38,517 bases of DNA. It comes from a virus (Duplodnaviria; Caudoviricetes). Shown here piece by piece: positions 19,005-24,603 of this stretch; within the stretch, counting starts at the first letter, position 1, and each line of letters opens with the position of its first letter. The position numbers and the translations under genes were made by a program. The stretch lies in IMG/VR virus record IMGVR_UViG_3300048599_000148, positions 1-38,517 of that record; one strand, given 5' to 3'. The notes beneath the pieces were generated by a model, which saw nothing but the letters and a program-made list of their open reading frames with translations, searched no databases and had not been told where the DNA came from.

Positions 19005-19217
19005 ACCCCACCCCCGGCCCAGACCGAAATTTGAAAAATTTTCCGCCCACGGAAAATCCGTTTCATAAAAATCGTGATCGCTTGTTTGAGCGACACCCGG
19101 TCAGAGGGAGGGGGGGCGCCCGCTGGCCGGGGTAACCCTTCGTTAACCCAGGGGGTGGGTGCGCGCCCGGCAGCTGATGCGGGATCAGCTGCTGCGCCGC
19201 AGGAAACAGCAGCAATA
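19005..19217. other. terS-terL intergenic region; candidate packaging (pac/cos-like) site
   Basis: About 210 bp non-coding, with C/G runs (CACCCCACCCCC, GGGAGGGGGGG) and several A/T tracts. Confidence 0.35.
19132..19147 (+). promoter_or_regulatory. Near-consensus CtrA box
   Basis: GTAA-CCCTTCG-TTAAC versus the TTAA-N7-TTAAC consensus; one mismatch; intergenic. Confidence 0.4.
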
Positions 19218-19865
19218 TCAGAGCGCTGCGCCATGCGACCCTGCATCCTGCGACTGTTCGCCTGCGACTGCCTCCTCAAACGGGACATGAGCCAGCAGCG
19301 AAGCCATTGTTTTTCCAGCGTTTGGTCCGAAGATCGCCTGCGCCGCCTCGCCCTGGACAATCACCTGCTGAATCGACGGCAGCGGCTTGTCCTCGCCCGC
19401 GTCAATCGCGATCGGTTGCTTGCGGTGGACATAGGCCGCCAGGCTCTCCGCCGCCTGTTTCTGCAGCGCCAGGACGTCAATCAGCCGCGTTTCGCGATCG
19501 CCCACGCCCTGCGCCCGATCGGCATCGCGCAGCGCCTCATGAAGCGCGAATGCGTCCGCCGCGATGAAGTCCGCCAGAAAAAGCAATGGCGACCGATAGT
19601 TAGCCAGGATGAAATCGCGCCAGGCGTCCGTGGTCTTGTTGGTGGATCCCGCCGGCCGGCCGCCCTTGCGCGACTTCGCCAGGAGCGCAGCGCCCTGATC
19701 GCCGCCGAACAGCGAGGATCCGGCGAACAGATCGGCCGTTTCCTGCGCGGCGCCAGGTGGAGCGCCGGGATCCAGCCGATCGAGCGCGGCCGGCAGGCCG
19801 GATGGATCGCGCGGCAAACTGGCCAGCGCCTCCGCCCCTAAACCGGCCATTCCAGCGCCCTGCAC
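19218..19865 (-). CDS. terS: Terminase small subunit (start may be the ATG at 19850)
   Basis: KGGRPAGSTNKTT and AAESLAAYVHRK motifs; upstream of terL. Confidence 0.7.
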   Translation of the reverse strand: MQGAGMAGLGAEALASLPRDPSGLPAALDRLDPGAPPGAAQETADLFAGSSLFGGDQGAALLAKSRKGGRPAGSTNKTTDAWRDFILANYRSPLLFLADFIAADAFALHEALRDADRAQGVGDRETRLIDVLALQKQAAESLAAYVHRKQPIAIDAGEDKPLPSIQQVIVQGEAAQAIFGPNAGKTMASLLAHVPFEEAVAGEQSQDAGSHGAAL

Positions 19866-19893
19866 GAATATCCACCCCCGAAAAAACTTTGCG

Positions 19894-19936
19894 ACGCTAG
19901 CGCAGCCGTTTTGGCGGGGGGAAAATCTCCCCCTGA
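19894..19936 (-). promoter_or_regulatory. Putative late promoter 4 (terS), degenerate palindrome
   Basis: GCGGGGGGAAAATCTCCCCCTGA at 19914..19936, then 14 nt, then TAGCGT (19899..19894). Confidence 0.65.
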
Positions 19937-19978
19937 TGGACAGCCAAGCGATTGAAGGCGCGCGCCTTTCTGTCTGAC

Positions 19979-20251
19979 TGTCCCGGCTGTCCCGGCGCAG
20001 CGGGACAGTCGCAGGGACACTAAGCGCCTATATTCATTCATTTATCTGAGGGAATAAGGGTTTGTCCCGTTTGCAACGCGCGCACGCTCGCACACGCGCG
20101 TTATATGCGCGAGCGCATGACGCATACGCATGAGCCCAGGCCGGGACAGCCGGGACACTTACGCCAACCGGCCTAAACCACTGTCTCCTTTAATATCTTC
20201 GGACACGAAGTGTCCCTGCGGCTTGTCCTGTGCTGGCCACTGGCCGGGACA
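19979..20251. repeat. Iteron cluster (GGGACA/TGTCCC); putative replication origin
   Basis: Nine exact copies in both orientations (19979, 19988, 20002, 20014, 20063, 20143, 20152, 20211, 20246), AT-rich spacers and a central purine-pyrimidine alternating tract. Confidence 0.65.
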
Positions 20252-20570
20252 CATGCGCCGAGCGCGCGGAGGCACAGGACGCCGCATCCCCACGCCCGGC
20301 GGCGGTGCAAGCCCTTCGGATTTTCTCCACTGGTTTGGGGTGTGGGTGCGGGAAAGGGTCAGGGATCGAGGCGCGCCAGGCCTGCGCCAGGCGCTGCAGA
20401 TCTTAACCGGCGCGCGCGGCGCGATCGCGCATCAGCACAACCAAGGCGAGCAATCGGCGCTCGCCTCCCCTCGCCACAGGTCTTAATGGCCCTACGTAGC
20501 GCCCCAGATTCCTACGTAGAACGCGCGGACCTTTCGTTAAATCGAGCGCGAGAAGAGGGGAAAAGCAGGC

Positions 20571-20606
20571 AAAGAAAAACCCGCGAGAACCGAAGTCCTC
20601 GCGGGT
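20571..20606 (-). terminator. Rho-independent terminator after the 20635..21462 gene
   Basis: Minus strand reads ACCCGCGAGGAC-TTCG-GTTCTCGCGGGT-TTTTCTTT. Confidence 0.8.
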
Positions 20607-20634
20607 AATGATTTGTAGAGTGAAGTAAACCGCT

Positions 20635-21462
20635 CTAGCGGTTGCGCACCACCCGGATCGGCGGCCTTTCATCCGCATCGGGTCCGGGTTGCGGGGCCTG
20701 GCGATCCTTCCGGCAGGCGTTCAGCGCGCGGCCCTTCTCGCTTGGCGTCATCGGCCGTTCTTCCGGAATGTCCGCGCCCTGGCGTCCGGAATGGCCGCTG
20801 CGCTCATTTCTGCGGCCGCTGGTGCGCGTCGCGCCTGCGCCCGCACCAAAGACGACCCAGCCAAACGCCTTCGCAAGCTCGACGCCCACGCCGCGCACGA
20901 TCGCCAGCCAGTCATCCTTTGGCGGCGGCGTCGCCTTTTCCAGCCGCGCGTCCGCGTCCGCGCGCACACTGCGCCAGGAATCCACCGTGGCCGCCTTGCC
21001 GGCGTTCCAGGCGTTGATCCGGTAGGAATTGAGCCCGTCCGGCGGAACGGCCGCCAGCGCGCTCTGCAGGCCATTGGCGGCCTCCTGAACATCCTTCAGC
21101 GCCTGCTGATAGGTCACGTCCGCCGCCAGCTGGATCTGGCGCTGTTCCAGCGCGTCCGCCTGCAGCTTCTCGAATGTGGTCAGGCCACACCATCCGGCCG
21201 CCATCGCCGTTATCAGCGCCGCGCCTGCAGCCTGGCGGCCGGCGCCGCGGTCAAAGGCATCCTTGGCCAGGTGGAAGCCCACCAGGGCCACCGCTTCGGC
21301 CGAGATCGTCAGCAGGGCCAGGGAATCCTCACCCTGATCCAGCCAGTATTCAACGCCGATATGGGTGGAAATGGCCGTGAGGCCAAAAATCGCGATCTTT
21401 GCGATCGCCGTGGAAAGCGCCGGCCCTTCAAAAGCCGGCGCCTGAATGCTAATGCGCGCCAT
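20635..21462 (-). CDS. Multi-pass membrane protein with coiled coil, function unknown
   Basis: Three N-terminal hydrophobic segments, a helical linker, a fourth hydrophobic segment and a basic tail; followed by its own terminator. Confidence 0.7.
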   Translation of the reverse strand: MARISIQAPAFEGPALSTAIAKIAIFGLTAISTHIGVEYWLDQGEDSLALLTISAEAVALVGFHLAKDAFDRGAGRQAAGAALITAMAAGWCGLTTFEKLQADALEQRQIQLAADVTYQQALKDVQEAANGLQSALAAVPPDGLNSYRINAWNAGKAATVDSWRSVRADADARLEKATPPPKDDWLAIVRGVGVELAKAFGWVVFGAGAGATRTSGRRNERSGHSGRQGADIPEERPMTPSEKGRALNACRKDRQAPQPGPDADERPPIRVVRNR

Positions 21463-21623
21463 CCCAATCACCTTTGGGCTGTGCGGCTTTGTCGCGCGGG
21501 GATCTGGTGTTGACGCACCAGGTCCCCAAAGCCGCTATGTGAGAGAAGCGCCCGCGACGCGGCGCCGGCCCTCACAATAGCGCCGACCTGTTGACGGGCA
21601 GATAAGGCGGCGTGAACAGCGCC

Positions 21624-21833
21624 TTAATAGCAGACGTTCGCAGCGCAGTGGATTGGCCTCAGGATCAGCCAATAGATCGGCCAGATCTGCGACAGCAGCA
21701 CATTGATCGGAACAGCGATCATCCAGTTCCACCAATTGTATTCGTAATAATCGAAAAACGTCAGCTTCCCGAAGGTGAAGAGCGCGCCGATTTCATAGGC
21801 GATCAACGCCACTACCGTGAGAAAGCCCTGCAT
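21624..21833 (-). CDS. Small aromatic-rich membrane protein (moron-like, 69 aa)
   Basis: AGGGG RBS before ATG 21833; sequence MQGFLTVVALIAYEIG...YNWWNWMIAVP...IWPIYW; lower GC than its neighbours. Confidence 0.65.
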   Translation of the reverse strand: MQGFLTVVALIAYEIGALFTFGKLTFFDYYEYNWWNWMIAVPINVLLSQIWPIYWLILRPIHCAANVCY

Positions 21834-21870
21834 ACGCGCCCCTTGACCTTTTGCCGAAAACCATGAATGG

Positions 21871-21907
21871 TTCTTAAGGGTTTGAAACACCCTTGAGAAG
21901 TAGCAAG
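21871..21907 (+). promoter_or_regulatory. c4-type upstream target (a1 hairpin plus b1)
   Basis: Stem TTCTTAAGGGT/ACCCTTGAGAA with loop TTGAAAC, followed by GTAGCAAG; TTGACC -35-like hexamer at 21843. Confidence 0.7.
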
Positions 21908-21937
21908 CGATTGGCGACCGTCATCCGCCTTTCCAAT

Positions 21938-22022
21938 TGTCCGGAGTCCGCGCGCGCATGTCCAGGGCGCAAGCCTAAAGGCGCGCGGACGCGTCTTGCT
22001 ACGCGTGTTTCAGCTCCGGGCG
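21938..22022 (+). ncRNA. c4-type antisense RNA (c4/c4-2-like)
   Basis: Closing stem GTCCGGAG/CTCCGGGC, an arm with a GGC-GCAA-GCC tetraloop, and hairpin ACGCGT-CTTGCT-ACGCGT. The segments CTTGCTAC and GTGTTTCA are complementary to targets on both sides. Confidence 0.75.
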
Positions 22023-22072
22023 CCAGGAATTGAAACCCACTGGCGCTCCAACCTTTGTTGGAGATTAGCAAG

Positions 22073-22444
22073 ATGGAACACTGCCCCGTCGCGGCCATGG
22101 CCGCGCAAGCCAGCCTGATCATTCGCCGCAGGCTTTACCTGGAAACGCGCGACGCCGCCGCTTTCGATCTTCTCGATCGCCGCCTGGCGTCGATCGAGGA
22201 CAGCGCCTGGCGCATCCCGGCCGCCTCAGCGCACGGCGGCGTTTACCAGCTGATCCTTGGCTATGATTCCATTGCGCGCACGATGGATGAATCGGATCTG
22301 CCGCGCGCGCCGCGAGAGCACCTCAGCCGCGGCATGGTTGCCTTGCTGCACGCGGCCGAGGCGCTTCACACGCCGGACATGGATGCGCTGTTCAGCCACT
22401 ATCTCCTGCGTGAACATGACCCTGGCGCGCTGGCGACAGCGTGA
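22073..22444 (+). CDS. Hypothetical protein (123 aa) under c4-type antisense control
   Basis: GGAG RBS inside hairpin CTCCAAC/GTTGGAG; ATG at 22073; good codon usage; terminator follows. Confidence 0.75.
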   Translation: MEHCPVAAMAAQASLIIRRRLYLETRDAAAFDLLDRRLASIEDSAWRIPAASAHGGVYQLILGYDSIARTMDESDLPRAPREHLSRGMVALLHAAEALHTPDMDALFSHYLLREHDPGALATA

Positions 22445-22449
22445 GAAAC

Positions 22450-22480
22450 AAAAAACCCCGGCGGATACCGCCGGGGTTTT
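22450..22480. terminator. Bidirectional rho-independent terminator
   Basis: AAAACCCCGGCGG-ATA-CCGCCGGGGTTTT between convergent genes. Confidence 0.85.
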
Positions 22481-22596
22481 CGTCCAGCTCTGAGGCTTGC
22501 AACTGGCTACCTCCGCGCGGCACCCTCCAAGTGTCCGTTCCCACATCGGCCGCGCGTTGGTCGCAGATGTGGCGGGTGGCTCGTCGACTCGCGAGA

Positions 22597-22848
22597 TTAC
22601 GCCGGCAAACCAGCCCGCACAGCCGCGTCCTTCGCTTCCAGCAATTTGCGCAGCGCCACCGTGCGTTCCGGATTGCGCGGCGTGGTGTCCACGATCGTGC
22701 GCGCCAGGTCGCAGAATGGCTTTGATCGCGCCTGCAGCTGCGCAGGCAAATGCGAATAATGGAAATAACGCAGCACATGATCCACGCCGACTTCCGCCGG
22801 CGTGAACTCGCCCGGCGCTGGATGAATCCCGCTGTTATCCGGTTCCAT
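22597..22848 (-). CDS. Conserved small phage protein, possible Acb2/Tad1-like helical hairpin (83 aa; an in-frame ATG at 22959 is an alternative start)
   Basis: Strong GGAAGGAAG RBS; sequence LRYFHYSHLPAQLQARSKPFCDLA...RNPERTVALRKLLEAKDAAVRA. Confidence 0.7.
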   Translation of the reverse strand: MEPDNSGIHPAPGEFTPAEVGVDHVLRYFHYSHLPAQLQARSKPFCDLARTIVDTTPRNPERTVALRKLLEAKDAAVRAGLPA

Positions 22849-22955
22849 TGATTTTCTTCCTTCCACTGATCTGCGCCGGGCAGCCATGCAGGCGGCCTTG
22901 TTGCGCTGAATGACGCGCCCGAGCGCGCGGAATTGCCGCCACGTCAACAGCGATT

Positions 22956-23051
22956 TCATTGCACGCCCAGCAACACGACGAATTGCACCGCGATTGACGC
23001 CAGGCACACAAGCCAGGCGCGCCAATCGCCGGCGCTATTGTGCGTCGTCAT
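22956..23051 (-). CDS. Very small membrane peptide (31 aa)
   Basis: MTTHNSAGDWRAWLVCLASIAVQFVVLLGVQ; fills the gap between tightly packed genes. Confidence 0.35.
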   Translation of the reverse strand: MTTHNSAGDWRAWLVCLASIAVQFVVLLGVQ

Positions 23052-23244
23052 GGCTATCCACCCAATCCGCGCCGCACTTCTCGCAGGTATAGGATCCAAG
23101 GCGCGGCGCGGCGCCATCCTGGCAATGCGGACAGGCGGGCGGCGGCGCGCCGTCGCCTTCACCGATCACGCGGATCTTGGCGGGCGCGTCGCTCTCCCGC
23201 CGCGCCTGGTCCTGCAGATAGTTCTGGACGATCGACCAGCTCAT
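23035..23244 (-). CDS. Small zinc-ribbon protein
   Basis: CPHC...CEKC; ATGA overlap with the upstream gene. Confidence 0.6.
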   Translation of the reverse strand: MSWSIVQNYLQDQARRESDAPAKIRVIGEGDGAPPPACPHCQDGAAPRLGSYTCEKCGADWVDSHDDAQ

Positions 23245-23552
23245 TCCACTTCCCCCACGTCTTCGCTTTGCTCCTGCGGCATCATCGTGACGCCGCACGC
23301 GATCGCCACCAGCATCGCGAAAAATGTCATTGCGCCGGCCGCCATCTTGGCCAGGCCACTGGCGATTTCGGCCGGGTAACCCATCAGGACGACAAACGCC
23401 GCGTAAGGCCCCTTCAGCAAAGAATAGACGACCACGCCCAGCAATGGGGCGAGACAGAACGCCAGCACCATGACGAAAAGCCCCACCACGCCGCGCATCA
23501 GATCTTCAGCAGGATCCACCGGCTCAGGATCCGGCGCTTGATTGTCCGTCAT
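23241..23552 (-). CDS. Small membrane protein
   Basis: MTDNQAPDPEP... followed by 2-3 hydrophobic helices. Confidence 0.6.
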   Translation of the reverse strand: MTDNQAPDPEPVDPAEDLMRGVVGLFVMVLAFCLAPLLGVVVYSLLKGPYAAFVVLMGYPAEIASGLAKMAAGAMTFFAMLVAIACGVTMMPQEQSEDVGEVE

Positions 23553-23554
23553 CG

Positions 23555-23794
23555 TCACATCCTTTCCGTCCGCGCAGCCCAGGGATTTTTCTTCCCGGCC
23601 TTGGCGTAAAGATCCTTCAGCCAGGCTTCTGCCGGCGCATCGAGCGTCGCCGCTTCCAAATCCGCTACGGGCACGCCCTCCGCTTTGGGCTCGCTCCGGC
23701 CATCGCCGGCGATCGCCGCAAAATTTGGCGCGGCCCACGGCCGGAATTTCACCTCGATGGCGCCGCGAATTGTCTTTTCCGTCGACTCGCTCAT
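23555..23794 (-). CDS. Hypothetical phage protein (79 aa)
   Basis: GGAGG RBS and ATGA overlap with the gcrA-like gene; MSESTEKTIRGAIEVKFRPWAAPNF. Confidence 0.65.
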   Translation of the reverse strand: MSESTEKTIRGAIEVKFRPWAAPNFAAIAGDGRSEPKAEGVPVADLEAATLDAPAEAWLKDLYAKAGKKNPWAARTERM

Positions 23795-24603
23795 GCCGCG
23801 ACCTCCTCCGGCTGATAGCGCGCCCGCGAGCGCTCCAGATGATCCTGGCAATAAGGATGCGCCTCGCCTTCAACGATCGGCCGGCCGCAGCAGCGCGTTT
23901 GCTCGCGCGCGGTAGGGCCAAGGATCCAGGCGCATTCATTCCATTGCCGCTGATCAAACAGGATCCCGCCTTTCACCACCGGCGCTTCAGCGAACGGAAT
24001 GGCCGCGCGCACCCCACGCAACGCATCCTGCTGCATTGGCAAATTCAGACGCACAGGCGCACAAGTGAATTTTATTCCCAATCGCGCCGCCTTACCAATT
24101 ACCGCGCAACGAGACATCCCAAGCGCTCGCGCAGTCGCGCCACCGCTTTCACCTTCCGCCGCCATGCGCCGCAGCGTCTCGATCGCTTCATCCGGCCAGG
24201 CCGCTTCGGCGCGGCCCTCATTACCGAGCAGATCCACGCCCAGACGGATCGCCTGATTTTGCACCGCGCCTTTACCGCAGCCCAATTCCTCCGCGATCAT
24301 TCGCGCCGAAGCTTTTTCGGCCACCCGAGTGCGCAAATAGGCGCTGCGCTCTTCCGTCCAGAATCCGATCCGCTGCCTTTGCGCCGGCGGCGGCGGCGCG
24401 TTCGTCTTTCGCTTGCGCGCCGCGTGCGTGCGCTGATGATTGATTTGCTCAGCCGCCGCCTTGATTTCGACGGCCGTACACCCCGGCCAAAGATCCTGCA
24501 GATCATGCGCGATCCGATACGCCTTCAGCCCGGCGATCGTCTGGCTGGCGATCACCGCTTGAATTTCCTTTTCCTTCCCTTTTGGCATCGCAAGCTTGCC
24601 CAT
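23791..24603 (-). CDS. gcrA: GcrA-like regulator with a duplicated N-terminal domain
   Basis: Two copies of the GcrA N-terminal motif (WTEERSAYLR...SARMIAEELG...AIRLG and WPDEAIETLR...SRCAVIGKAARLG) plus the C-terminal CAW.LG...CG.P.....PYC..H motif. Confidence 0.8.
   Translation of the reverse strand: MGKLAMPKGKEKEIQAVIASQTIAGLKAYRIAHDLQDLWPGCTAVEIKAAAEQINHQRTHAARKRKTNAPPPPAQRQRIGFWTEERSAYLRTRVAEKASARMIAEELGCGKGAVQNQAIRLGVDLLGNEGRAEAAWPDEAIETLRRMAAEGESGGATARALGMSRCAVIGKAARLGIKFTCAPVRLNLPMQQDALRGVRAAIPFAEAPVVKGGILFDQRQWNECAWILGPTAREQTRCCGRPIVEGEAHPYCQDHLERSRARYQPEEVAA

Noticed and set aside
19001-19360. 119-aa ORF bridging terS and terL
   Set aside because: Off-frame overlap with terS, low-complexity translation and no RBS; the region looks like a cis-acting site.
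20130-20678. ORFs over the origin-like region (20130..20486, 20210..20608, 20403..20678)
   Set aside because: They cross iterons or a terminator and have no convincing RBS or protein-like composition.
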